From contig NW_021833648.1 of assembly GCF_006345805.1 (NCBI RefSeq), positions 1 through 64,000 on the forward strand: DNA of 64,000 nt. The letters are read 5' to 3'. A program made the translations under genes and the position numbers. Positions 42,721 to 56,099 of this stretch are shown here, piece after piece (within the stretch, counting starts at the first letter, position 1; every line of letters begins with the position of its first letter). Source of the DNA: Octopus sinensis. Its lineage: Eukaryota. The notes under the pieces are model-generated. The model worked only from the letters and a program-made list of their open reading frames with translations, did no database searches and was not told the origin of the DNA.

Positions 42721-42790
42721 GATAGAAGATAGATAGATGATTAGATAGATAGATAGATAGATGATAAAGATAGATGGATAGATAGATGAT

Positions 42791-42838
<48 letters not shown>

Positions 42839-42853
42839 GATAGATAGATAGAC
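42609..42853. repeat. (GATA)n array at the 5' junction of the truncated Tx1 copy
   Basis: Direct inspection. Confidence 0.95.
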
Positions 42854-43313
42854 GGGGACAAACACAGAAAGAGTAGTGTGGAATGGGTGGAAGAGATACA
42901 AAGAGAGAAATATATTTTTGTTTCACACCTCCATGGTACAACCCACACACACTTCCTCCACCTCATTGCCACCACCACAACTACGAGCAATACCAACTAC
43001 AAAACAATAATAGCAACCATAATAGCGACAACCTGTGACACAGTGAAGATCTGCAGCGGCCAGAGTCGGCAATAAAAAGAACAATGACCATAACAAGAAC
43101 GAAAAGAACAAAGCAGGGTGCTATAACAACAATAAGTACAGGCGCTTTAAAAGTATAATAATAATAATAATAATAATATAATAATAATAGTAATATAATG
43201 ATAATATATAATAATAATAATATAATGATAATAGTAATAATAATGATAATAATAATAATAATAATGATAATATAATAATAATAATAATAATAAGTAATAT
43301 AGAAACAATGATC

Positions 43314-43349
<36 letters not shown>

Positions 43350-43424
43350 TAATAATAATAATATAATAATGATGATGTTGTGATAATAATAATAAGAAAA
43401 CAACAAAAATAAAACAACAATAAC

Positions 43425-43643
43425 AATCCTTTGTACTAAAGCCAAAAGGCCCGAAATTTTGGTGGGGTGCTGGAAAGTCGATTCTATCGACCCTAGTACA
43501 CTTCTGCTACTTATTTTATTGAATCTGAAAGGATGGAAGGCAAAGTTGACTTCGGCGGAATTTGAACTCAGAACGTTAGAACGGACGAAATGCATATAAA
43601 CATTTTGCCCTGTGTGATAACAATTCAATCAACTCGCTGCTTT
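43425..43643 (-). mobile_element. SINE family B1 (same head as B2, different tail running into ATT/GTT repeats)
   Basis: Head and body shared with B2 up to ..aagta.cag..gggtcgat; tail aaatttcgggcctt..gtacaaaggattgttatt. Similar copies near 1381, 5269, 23161, 26140 and 44765. Confidence 0.75.
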
Positions 43644-43659
43644 AATAATAATAATGCTG

Positions 43660-43994
43660 AGACCCCCTTCGGTCATGACTGACCATGGTATTGCACCTAG
43701 AAAGTTACCCTCCCAGGCACAAGTCCGGGCAAGGTTGTTCATGGAAGACAAGTAGTCGCCGAAGCATACCGGTCTCCCCTCTTCACGCCACCAGTGTTAT
43801 CCAAGGGAAAGGCAAACGCCGATACAACTTGGCACCTGTGATGTCGCAACTCATTTCTACAGCTGAGTGAACTGGAGCAATGTGAAATAAAGTATCTTGC
43901 TCAAGAACACAACACGCAGCCCGGTCCGGGATTCGAACTCACAACTTCACAATCGTAAGCTCGACGCTCTAACTACTGAGCCATGCGCCTTCAC
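43660..43994 (-). mobile_element. SINE family C2
   Basis: Collinear with 4738-5078. Confidence 0.87.
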
Positions 43995-44101
<107 letters not shown>

Positions 44102-44270
44102 TGATAATAATAATAGCAACAAAAAGAAGTGTACCATTGTTATCAAGTGAACGATATTTCAATATCTCGTTCACTTGAAAACAATGGCACTCTTCTTTTT
44201 TTGCTTCTATACTTTCTGGAGGAGTAACCTCAATCCTATAATTATAATTATTATTATTATTATTATTATT

Positions 44271-44662
44271 GAGTGAGAGAGCAGTGCATGCCATCAAAGT
44301 GACACTGGGGTACAGATATACGAAGCCTATATACCCATCATGACTACCCGTCTGATAAGGGTACACCAGGCACATGCATCACAACCATATGTGCGCGACA
44401 TGGTGATCTCATATCAAGATAAACAGCACATGACCTTGCAGGTGGGGCCCAGTTAGAATTTTCTTCAGGTTGAGTAGCCCATCCCGCTCAAAAGGTCCCT
44501 AAATAAGGGTTGTTTAAGGATGTTGAAAGAACCACCCATGTTTCCAGAGGTGAATTATTCAAACCCCAAAGAATCCCTCTCAACACATGGCTATGATGCT
44601 CCCCCACTACTTCTGCTCGTGATCAGAGATGCACATATCGTCAGCCACTAAGGGACATGCTC
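44271..44662 (-). mobile_element. 392-bp non-coding element embedded in (AAT)n on both sides
   Basis: Sharp junctions into the ATT arrays at 44270 and 44663. No ORF and no tRNA A/B box seen. The strand is inferred. Confidence 0.55.
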
Positions 44663-44729
<67 letters not shown>

Positions 44730-44764
44730 CATCATAACAATAACAGCAACAACAATCATTTCTA

Positions 44765-44978
44765 CTATAGCCACTAGGTTTGAAATTTGTGTGGAAAAGA
44801 CCAGTCGATTACATCGATCCAAATGTTTCATTTATACTTAATTTATTGGCCCCGAAAGGATGAAGAGCAAACTCGACCTCGGCGGAATTTGAATTATATA
44901 TAAACAGCCGAAATTAAAATTCATAAGGACGGACGAAATGCTGCCAAGCATTTTGCTCGGCGTACTAATGAGTCTGCC

Positions 44979-44982
<4 letters not shown>
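44765..44982 (-). mobile_element. SINE family B1
   Basis: Same layout as 43425-43643; sits between (AAT)n arrays. Confidence 0.72.
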
Positions 44983-45013
<31 letters not shown>

Positions 45014-45014
<1 letters not shown>

Positions 45015-45985
45015 TGGCAAGAAAAACCTCTCTATGGCAAATACCCAAAGAGAGCGAATAATGCAGATATCGACAAAGCCCTGACCCATCAATGGCTAAT
45101 GGCCTCTGGCTTAAAATCTGAAACAGAGGGGTTTATCATAGCAGCTCAAGATCAATGCCTACCAACAGAAACTACCACGCCAACATATTAAAGAACGGCA
45201 GTAGCCCAACATGTCGTGTATGCCGACAACAATTGAAACCATTGACCATGTTGTCTCCAATGCAGTCTTCTAGCGCCTACAGAGTACCTCAGTAGGCATG
45301 ATAGAGCTGCACAATATATTCACTGGGTAATTTGCAAAATCTGGATTTGCCCCATGAAAAAAACTGGTGGGAACACAATCCACCTCCTGTGCTTGAAAAT
45401 GACCACATCTCACTCCTCTGGAACTTCACCATTCAACTGACAGGAAGATAGATGCAAATAGGCCAGACATTATATTGAAAGACTTCAGACAAAGAACATG
45501 CCTCCTCATTGATATGACTGTCCCAATCGATATAAACGTATCTGTCAGACCTACCAAAAACTGAGCAAATATAAAGATCTTGAAATAGAAATCAGCAAAA
45601 TGTGGAAGCTGAAGACTAAAACAATACCTGTTGTCATAGGTGCCCTGGGAATGATAGCGAAAGGGACTGATTGCTACCTAACTCAGATACCAGGAAACCC
45701 CAAAATGGCAGAAATTCAAAAGATAGTGCTCATGGGAACTGCTCATATCCTACGCAAAATACTCTCTATGTAATCCCAAGGTTTAAAACAAACTTTTTCT
45801 TTTTTTTTATTTATTTATTTATTTATTATTATTTTTTTATGTATTAGACATTCACTAGTACAACACCAAAAAAAAAAAAAAAAAAACCAAATATATGGCA
45901 CAGAACTTCCAACCTGTTGTCTCTTGAGGTCTCTGGGTGAGACTTGGAGCCAACTTGTACAGACATAAAGAAAAAGTCAAACATA

Positions 45986-45987
<2 letters not shown>
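45014..45987 (+). mobile_element. R4/Dong 3' fragment, second subfamily
   Basis: WQEKPLYGKYP..GLKSETEGFIIAAQDQ..CRVC..RHD..RPDIILKD..KYKDLEIEISKMW..VIGALG..GTAHILRK. (AAT)n on both sides. Confidence 0.9.
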
Positions 45988-46035
<48 letters not shown>

Positions 46036-46059
46036 TAATAATAATAATAATAATAATAA

Positions 46060-46187
46060 ATCCTACGCAGAACACTTTCCATACAATAACCATCAGAGCA
46101 TCACAACAAATCACAGCACATACCCAAGGCACACAGAGCTGCGCTCGGTAGTGAAGTGAAATCACGCTATAAAAATAAAACTACTGG

Positions 46188-46188
<1 letters not shown>
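46060..46188 (+). mobile_element. Very short 3' end of the 39241 R4/Dong subfamily
   Basis: Nearly identical to 39660-39787 (cctacgcagaacacttt...aaaactactg), flanked by (AAT)n. Confidence 0.85.
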
Positions 46189-46236
<48 letters not shown>

Positions 46237-46238
<2 letters not shown>

Positions 46239-47065
46239 CATCAGTGGACGAGAAGCTCAGGACCGAAAGCAGAGACTGAAGGTTTCATATTGGCGGTACA
46301 AGATCAAAAACTACCAGGCTATCATTCTTCAAAATGTTGTGACCCTAAATGCAGAGTTTGCGATAAATTTGATGAAACAGGATGACCTATGCTGACACCA
46401 AAAGAATACAAAAATCGCTACGATAGGGTAGGACAGTATTTACATTGGAAAATATGTAAACACTACAAAGTCAGCACTCCTGCTTACTAGTATGAACATC
46501 ATCCTGAGCCAGTCCTTGAAGGTAAAAATGTCACTATCCTCTGGGAATTTTCTATCAACACCGACAGAACGATCCAGACTAATCGACCAGATATAGTCAT
46601 TAAAGACAGAGAAGAAAATACTTATAGACTAATAGATGTAAATGTTCCCACCAATAAAAAATATATCTGTAAAGGAATTTGACAAATTAAGTAAATATAA
46701 GGACCTGGAAATTGAAATAAAAAGGATGTGGGATCTTAAAGCGAGAACTGTTCCTGTTATTGTGGGTGCCTTTGGTATAAGAAAGGGATGTCAGAAACAT
46801 CGAGATAATATTCCAGGAGAACCATGTCTCAGAGAAATCCAAAAGATTGTGCTGACGAGTACTGCCCACATCCTTAGAAAAACCCTATCAACTTAAATGT
46901 ATGGGCTGTATTAAATGAAGCTATTTCGCTACTGCCCCTGCCATTTGCCTTCACCAAGCTTTCTGTCATATTGTAACATCGCTTATCCTTCCTTTGCCCT
47001 GGGGCACTGGGTGTGTGTCGACGAGTGATTGTAATAAGCATGTAGATTAAACCTAAATCATTATA
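46237..47065 (+). mobile_element. R4/Dong 3' fragment, third subfamily
   Basis: KAETEGFILAVQDQ..CRVC..NRPDIVIKD..KLSKYKDLEIEIKRMW..VIVGAFG..TAHILRKTLS. Preceded by (AAT)n and followed by a degraded taa repeat. Confidence 0.87.
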
Positions 47066-47539
47066 ATAATTATCATTATAAAGAATAACGAAACAATGAT
47101 AATAAACAATGACTCAAAATCAAAACGACATAGTATTCGCGTCTATTTTGATATACACACACACACACACACACGCACAAGCATACATGCACACACACAT
47201 ACATGTATACACACACAAACACATATACATGGTTTAGTATGAAGTTCGCATTGCAACCATGTGGTATGGAGTTCATTCCTGCACCATGGCAACTTGGGTA
47301 TCTTCTACAACAGCTTCAAATCAACATACAACTGTGTGGAAGCCCACTAGTTATTCGAATATATATAGCCAAAATTGAGAGGTACAGCGTTCTATTCTCT
47401 GTAGCGGATGTTGGCAACTTTTTCTGTCTTCTTTGAGTATTTACCCATTCTTCTAAGCTGTTTTTACAGCTGTTCTGCATTCGAGAAATTCTTTTATTTT
47501 CTGTAGAATATATATATATATAAATAAAAGGTACTGGGT

Positions 47540-47865
47540 AAAGACCCCTTCAGTCATGAATGATCATAGGATTGCACCTAGGAAGTTACAAGTCCGAGAT
47601 ACAAGTCCGGGCAAGGCTGTTTATGGAAGACCAGCAGTCGCCCATGCATACCAGTCTCCCTCCTCCACGCCACTGATGTTATTTAACATAAAGACCGAGG
47701 CCGATACAGCCTCCCGCCAATGACGTTCCAGCTCATTTTTACAGGTGAGTGAACTAAAGCAACGTGAAATAAAATGTGTTGCTCAAGAACACAACACACC
47801 CCGGTCCAGGAATCGAACTCACCACTTCGTGATTGTGAGCTCGACGCTCTAAACACTGAGCCATG
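47540..47865 (-). mobile_element. SINE family C2
   Basis: Collinear with 43660-43994. Confidence 0.82.
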
Positions 47866-47907
47866 CATGTGTTTGTACGTGTGTGTGTGTGCGTGTGTAT
47901 ATATATA

Positions 47908-48112
47908 TTCTTTCTTTTCTTTTCTTTTATCTGTTTCAGTTATTTGACTGTGGCCATGCTGGAGCACCGCCTTTAGTCGAACAAATCGATCCCAGTACGT
48001 ATTCTTCGTAAGCCAAGTACTTATTCTATCGGTCTCTTTTGCTGAACCTCTAAGTTACGGGGACGTGAACACACCAGCGTCGGTTGTCAAGCGATGGTGG
48101 GGGACAAACACA

Positions 48113-48190
<78 letters not shown>

Positions 48191-48322
48191 CGACGGGCTT
48201 CAATCAATTTCCGTCTACCAAATCCACTCACAAGGCTTTTGTTGGCCCGAGCCTATAGTTGAAGACACTTGTCAGAGGTGCCACGCAGACGGACTGAACC
48301 CGGAACCATGTGGTTGGTAAGA
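47908..48322 (-). mobile_element. SINE family A, near-full copy
   Basis: Reverse complement of the family A layout. Confidence 0.85.
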
Positions 48323-48618
48323 TATAAATACGTGTGTGAATGTGTGTGTGCACGCTCGCGTGTCCCTGCATTTGAGTCACTTGACAACCAGTGTTAGTTT
48401 GTTTATATCTCCGTAACTTAGCGGTTCGGTAGAAGATACCGTAGATCAAGTACTGGATTTCGAAAAGTACTGGGGCTGATTTGTTCGATTAAACCCTCTA
48501 AGTTTGCACCCCATCATGGCTACAGAACAATGACTGTGAGTGTGTGTGTGTGTGTTGGCGTTTGTGTGAGCGTATGTCTGTGAATAAGTATGTATGTATG
48601 TATGTGTTTATGTATATA

Positions 48619-48691
<73 letters not shown>

Positions 48692-48727
48692 ATATGTGTG
48701 TGTTGTGTGTGTGTGTGTGTGTGTTAT

Positions 48728-48956
48728 GGAGGCGAGCTGGCAGCAACGTTAGCACACCGGGCGAAATGCTAAGCGGTATTTCGTCTGCCGTTACGTTCTG
48801 AGTTCAAATTCCGCCGAGGTCGAGTTTGCCTTTCATCCTTTCGGGGTCGATAAATTAAGTACCAGTTACGCACTGGGTCGATGTAATCGACTTAATCCCT
48901 TTGTCTGTCCTTGTTTGTCCTCTCTGTGTTTAGCCCCTTGTGGGTAGTAAAGAAAT
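48728..48956 (+). mobile_element. SINE family B2
   Basis: Near-identical to 7221-7453; followed by atatat. Confidence 0.9.
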
Positions 48957-49613
48957 ATATATATGTATTATGTGTGTGTGTGTATGTGTGTGTGTGTGTA
49001 TGTGTGTTTTATTCGTACGTTATCCTGATTTCTAACTACGGTTTTAACGACTGAACTACAAACGCCACAACAAACACAACCGATACCAATAACAATAACG
49101 AACATAATAACACTACTACTACTACTACTACAACTACTACAACAAGAACAACAACAAAAACATTAATAATAATAAGAATTAGGATTAGGAAGAAGAAAAA
49201 GGAGGAGGAGGAGAGGAGGGGCCTGCAGAAATAATGCCAGTATGAACAGTCACATTCACCAATCACCCATACTTTAAATCGTCTCCCTAAAAAATCACTC
49301 GACAGCAACAACAATAAAGACGACGGCAAGAACAATTTCTATAAGAGATTACCATCAAAGACGTCTTTATAATCTGCTCCACCCACACGATTTCTTATTT
49401 ACAAATACGCCATTTCTTATTTATGTGTGTATGCGCGCGCGCGTGTGTAAGCATTGTTAACAGAGTGTATATATGTATATATATATATGCTCCCACTACA
49501 CACACACGCACTCATGTAATGTAAATATTGTGAGAATTTTGGTAACTGACACGGATGGACATGAAGACAACTATATATTTACAAACACAGATATTTTGAA
49601 ATATATCTGTGTG

Positions 49614-49681
<68 letters not shown>

Positions 49682-49938
49682 CGTGTGTGTCTGTGAGTGT
49701 GTGTGTGAATGTATATGTGTGTGTGTACGTATATTTATATACACATAAACACGCACCTTAATGTTTGTTTTCATGTACAGTTATATATAAAAACAGTCAA
49801 CATTAATTGAAGGATCACTCAATGACATTCAAACGAGTATCGGGTTTTTTTGTACAAAAAAATAGGTCCACAGTAACTTCGAAGTTTCGGTTTAATTGCA
49901 TGCATCATACACACAAACACACACACACACACACATTA

Positions 49939-50356
49939 TGGCTGTGTGGTAAGTACCTTGCTTACGAACCACATGGTTCTGGGTTCAGTCCCACTGCTTG
50001 TCACCTTGGGCAAGTGTCTTCAACTATAGTCTCGGGCCGACCAAAACCTTGTGAGTGGATTTGGAAGACAGAAACTGAAAGAAGCCCGTCGTATATATGT
50101 ATGTATATATATATGTGTATGTGTGTATATATGTTGTGTATCTGTGTTTGTCCCCCCCCCAACATCGCTTGACAACCGATGCTGGTGTGTTTAGGTCCCC
50201 GTAACTTAGCGGTTCGTCAAAAGAGACCGATAGAATAAGTACTAGGTTTACAAAGAATAAGTCCTGGGGTCGATTTGATTCGACTAAAGGCGGTACTCCA
50301 GCATGGCCGCAGTAAAATGACTGAAACAAGTAAAAGAATAAAAGAGTAAAGAGTAA
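49939..50356 (+). mobile_element. SINE family A, near-full copy
   Basis: Collinear with 229-688. Confidence 0.87.
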
Positions 50357-50899
50357 GAAGATCAAAATATCTTGAAGTTATCACAAAACTCACTGAATGT
50401 AGAAGACTAATTTCAGTGGTTTTCCAGTGCATTTTATGACTCTTACTGGAAGATGTGAATCAATTTGTCTAGTTTCTAGGATTTTCAGACCTTCGTCAGG
50501 GAGAATGCTCATCTTCAGTTCGAATACAGAAATTATTGTCTAATTGCTTCTGATGATGTTTAAAATGACTATTAGAGTTAAACCGGTTTGACTGATTTTC
50601 ATAACAGTTCTTGCAATAATAACGTGCATTGATAAGTTGATAAATGAATGAATTACTGACTGAATTAATGATTAAACGAATGAATAATGCATTGTATAGA
50701 ATTTATAATTCAAATTGCATCATATTTTTAAATTGTTTTAATCAATAGACTGCGGTACCTCTTTTGAAGCTATCCATACCAAGCATATACCTGAGAGATG
50801 TTTGAACCAGTAACAAACTTTTCGCTGCAATTTGTTAAAAAATCTCTCAAATATATACGTGCATACATGTGTGTATTATGTATATATGTATGTTCGTAT

Positions 50900-51765
50900 T
50901 TGCGCACAGCTGTGAGGGGAAATTGTCGATTCAACATCTGTGAGTTATCAAAAGATGTGCAGATTAGTTATGGTTCAGTCTAGTCCATTATCACTGAAGG
51001 TATGAGATGCATGTCTGCTGGGTTTCTGCAAAAACTGCTTTCAGCTGACCAAAAGACACTCGGGTTTCAGTTGCACAAGATCTCAAATGTGTCTAGAACG
51101 ATGAAAACATTTTAAAAACGGTCATAATGGGTGATGAATCGTGGCTGTATGTTTCGGACTCCAAAACAAAGGCTCAGTCTTCGCAGTCGAGGACCCCAGC
51201 CTCTCCGAGATCGGAGAAAGCACGAATGAATCGAAGCAATGTGAAGACACTGCTGACTGTTTTTTTTTTTCGACTACAAGGGATTGTTCGTCATGAGTAT
51301 GCTCCATCTGATCAGACAGTAATCAAGGAGTACTACCGTGACGTTTTGCAGCGTTTGCGGGGTGCTATTCATCGGAAAAGGCCACGAGTGGATGCGTCCG
51401 GTGAGTGGCAATTGCACCATGACAACACACCTGCCCTTTCAGCGCAACTTGTGCAACAATTTTTTACTAAGCACAACATTCCCCAGGTCCGACAGCCACC
51501 GTACTCCCCAGATATCGCCCCTTGCGACTTATTCCTCTTTCCAAAAATCAAATCGCGCTCGAAAGGAAGAATGCGACGAGGCAGCTGCTGATTATCCGAG
51601 AAAACGAGTTCCAGGGATGCTTCCATCAATGGAAACCACACTGGATTAAGTATGTGGCTTTCGAAGGGGAGTACTTCGAAGGAGATTAAATAACAAATTG
51701 GTTCGTGTTGTAGTTTTGTTCTTATAGCACCGGTCCAGATACTTATTGATCAGACAGACCGCATA
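50900..51765 (+). mobile_element. Mariner 3' part: catalytic domain and right TIR
   Basis: GDESW..HHDNTP..PYSPDIAPCDLFLFPK. 51733-51754 is the exact reverse complement of 18492-18513. Confidence 0.92.
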
Positions 51766-52112
51766 CGATGGTCTGTCCACTTGATACGCTTATGAACGCC
51801 ATTGTTTCTATTCTCTTCTTCACCCCCTTACCAACACGTAACTGATTCGTTTTGTTCTTTCTTTTCTTTTCTTCTTTCTTTAGTAACAGTAAACACTGTG
51901 TGCATTAGAAGACTTCATGTCTTAAAGTGTGAGTTTTAATGCATACGCACGGGACCGTATTGTGTGTGTATGTGTGTAGATATCCATGTATACATTAGTA
52001 TATATATGTATATGTTTGCCTATGTATGTTTGTATGTATATATGTTTTAGCTTTTCTATGTGTTCGCATATATATATCTATATATATATATAAACATATA
52101 TACACACACACA

Positions 52113-52170
<58 letters not shown>

Positions 52171-52222
52171 GATGTGTTGATTGATTTAAGTATGTTGTCT
52201 CCATTTTCTATTTTGTTGTATA

Positions 52223-52268
<46 letters not shown>

Positions 52269-52850
52269 GTGGTGTGCGTTTCTTTTTAGTGTGTGCAAGT
52301 ATAACAATGCATGCATACGTTTGTATCTATGAAAATAACGTGTGTCTGCGTATTTACGCATGTAAATTTCTGTAGCTTTATATTTTTTTAAAATAGACTC
52401 ACATTTATATTAACTGAACTTATTTACCATATACTTATTTCTCTGGACATGTATATTCTCCTTTTTAAACAAAGAATTTCTTTTTGATTTAAGGTTTTCT
52501 TCGATCTTATTACAACTCAATATTTATGCCTTTTAATTTTTAATCTTTTTAATCTTTAATATTCATATTCATCGCTTCTTGTAAAAGCCGTTAGCTGAAA
52601 CGACCAGTGAAATTCAAATGTGTATCTGTCAATGTGAATTGCAGTATAAGATATTATACGTAGAACCTATTTCTTCTTCCATTCTGAATCACAACTGTCT
52701 AGCGAACGGAAACATGAAACTCTGAGTAGAAATTATTTTGTGATATTTTTGTGATGTTTTTGCAGCTTTAATAACAAAAACATATTACTCTACCTTCGGT
52801 TTTCGAGTACTATTTTTCCCCACCTTGTTTCACATTTATGAGCTTACTCC

Positions 52851-52905
<55 letters not shown>

Positions 52906-52990
52906 ATATATATATATATATATAATATCGTTATTAGAAAAGCATAACATCGGAGAAGTACACTAAGAAATAGAGAGGTCTATATTTTTA

Positions 52991-53295
52991 TCCGGTGAAG
53001 GTCGTCTTATGGTGTTACTCTGGGTTTCCCGTCCATAAAGAGTTCAGCTTTATGGCGTCTCGTCAATGCTTCATGGCCTAAGACCATATTTAAAATATCT
53101 TTTCCTTTGCTGGTGCTGCGCTACAAGGAAAGGTTGGTGGCCTTTCTTATGGTGTTATTAATATTTCTCAAAATTTGGTCACTAGACCAATCTCGGAGAA
53201 GCCATCAGGCATTGGGGTTTGACGTTATGTTATAAAGTTGACCCCTATATTGACGGGAAACCCAGGCTAACCCAGAGTAGCCGGCCTTCACCAGA
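52991..53295. mobile_element. MITE with long imperfect TIRs, 305 bp
   Basis: ta|tccggtgaagg...ctgggtttcccgtc at the left end versus gacgggaaacccag...ccttcaccaga|ta at the right end; ~65-bp imperfect inverted repeats. Confidence 0.75.
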
Positions 53296-53789
53296 TAAAT
53301 ATATATATCCAGCTATTAGACCATTAGATTGCAGTCATGCTGGGGTACCGCGTTGAAGAACTTTAGACACACGAATAAATCCTAGTATTTATAAGTTTGA
53401 ATCTTATCCTATTACCCACTTTTGTCAACCCGCAAGGTTACCGAGAGATCAACATACACCCACACCGGTTTTAAAACGGTGGTGGAACAAGCACAGCGCA
53501 CACATACACGCGCGCGATCATACACACACTCTATCAACATAGAGTGACAAGATTTGACAAACAAGGTGACGCGGAGAAATATTCCACACAATACGTCTTT
53601 ATAGAACTAAACAAACAAGGTCCACGCCCCCACACATGATATAAAGTATATATATATATATATGTGTGTGTATGTGTGTGTGTGCGTGTGTGTGTGATAT
53701 ATATATATATATATACATATCTATACATACATATATATATATGTATATATAAATATATAATATACATATATATATATATATTGACAGAC

Positions 53790-53882
53790 AGTCGGACAAA
53801 CAGATAGATAGACAGACAGATAGACAGACAGACAGACATATACACAGACAGACAGATAGACAAATAGATAGAAAGATAGATA

Positions 53883-53946
<64 letters not shown>

Positions 53947-53988
53947 GTAGGTAATTAGACAAACAGACGGATAGATAGATAGACAGAC

Positions 53989-54060
<72 letters not shown>

Positions 54061-54062
54061 CT
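53790..54062. repeat. (GATA)n/(GACA)n array with no adjacent Tx1
   Basis: Direct inspection. Confidence 0.95.
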
Positions 54063-54094
54063 AATACACATTCATTTGCATCACTCATACGTGC

Positions 54095-54146
<52 letters not shown>

Positions 54147-54672
54147 TACACACACTCATGCACACGTAACTATATATATACATGCCTATACACATACTAT
54201 ACACTATATATACACTATACTATATATATATACACATATACAAATACTATACACACACGCGTATATATATATACCATATGCATACATATGTATATATATC
54301 CTGTATACGCACATATTTATATGTGCGTATACAGGCACACATAGATATATGATAGATATATGCACTCAGAAACGAGTGAAGGATATTGCTATATATGTGT
54401 GTGTGACTTTCTGCGTATGGGAGTATGTTGTGTCTCCACATCCGTACTAAGATAATCACACAATGTGAATATTCATATACGTTGCTGCATATATATATAT
54501 ACTATACATGGTCATATATAGGTATATAGATATATACATGCATACGCATATACACATATATATGCCTTTATGTCTATGAATGTCTCCCTGTCTCTCTGTT
54601 TATATATATAATATATATATCATATATATATAATATATATGCACATTTGTATATATGCATACACACACCGTG

Positions 54673-54716
<44 letters not shown>

Positions 54717-54921
54717 ATATACATACATATATATACACACACACATACATATACAACAAACACTCACATGAATATATACAGTCATGTAGATTTATCTATA
54801 TCCATATATATATTTGTTTTTCTGTCTTCGCTATGTGTTGGCGTGTGCTTGAATGTGTGTTCCTGCGATTTGGTTGCGGGTTGGTGTATATTATGAGCAT
54901 ACATGCACGTAGGTTTTATGT

Positions 54922-54956
<35 letters not shown>

Positions 54957-55227
54957 TGCGTAAGTAAAGGAATGTACAAGTCAAAAAAGACACTTGAATA
55001 TAAACCAATTAAAAACGGTTGCTAGTAACATAGAGCTTTTCTTATCTCTTTCGCAAGAGACTGACACAAAAGCGTGCTCTAACAAAACAAGTTTGCGTCG
55101 CTTTCTGAAGACACAAATGATGTCAGTTTGAAGTTTAACAAACTTATATTGATCGCAACATTAAACAAACATACCTCCAAATATGTAGAGCAATATCTGC
55201 TTAGATGTGTACTTACATAGAGACATT

Positions 55228-55287
<60 letters not shown>

Positions 55288-55474
55288 AACACACACACAC
55301 ATACTCACACACAAACACACACACATATATAGGTACACAGATGTGTATATATCTCTGTAGGTATGCATACACGCAAGCATTCACGCATTCATTCTTTCAT
55401 AGATATATATAGGCATATATGCATATCTGTAACTCTGTTTATCGACATTTACTTGTGCGTGTGTATGTGTGCGT

Positions 55475-55512
55475 AGATAATAGACAGATAAATAAATAAA
55501 TAGATAGATAGG

Positions 55513-55572
<60 letters not shown>

Positions 55573-55597
55573 AAAACAGACAGACAGACAGACAGAC

Positions 55598-55644
<47 letters not shown>

Positions 55645-55716
55645 CAGATAGATAGATAGATAGATAGAAAGACAGACAGACAGACAGAAATAGATAGATA
55701 GATAGATAGATAATAT

Positions 55717-55754
<38 letters not shown>
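55475..55754. repeat. (GATA)n/(GACA)n array at the Tx1 3' end
   Basis: Direct inspection. Confidence 0.95.
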
Positions 55755-56099
55755 TGTTTCTTATTAGCCACACAGGCTGCACACAGATAGAACAAATTAC
55801 AAGGTAGAGCTTTTCTTTTGGGGGTAAAAAAAGGAGAGTGGTGGTTTTCGATCAAAAGGATCGTAAAAGGAAAGAAAAAGGACAAAAAAGGGGGGGGGAA
55901 AAAAAATGAATAATAGGGATCGTTATCACAGAAATGTCAATATGAAGTGTAAAGGGGAGGACAGGTGAGGTTTACCCGTGGAAAGAAAAGCCTACGGAAA
56001 AGACCACGGTAACCTCGGTCAATGAAGTCACATGTATATTTCTTTTTTTTTTTTTTTTTTTTTTTGCAAATAAGCACTCTCTGTATTAATTTTTATGGT

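Noticed and set aside
53790-54062. (GATA)n array close to the Tx1
   Set aside because: No Tx1 sequence adjoins it; this and other empty GATA arrays (7538, 20448, 22568, 31222) show the repeat also exists independently, so they are background rather than evidence for targeting.
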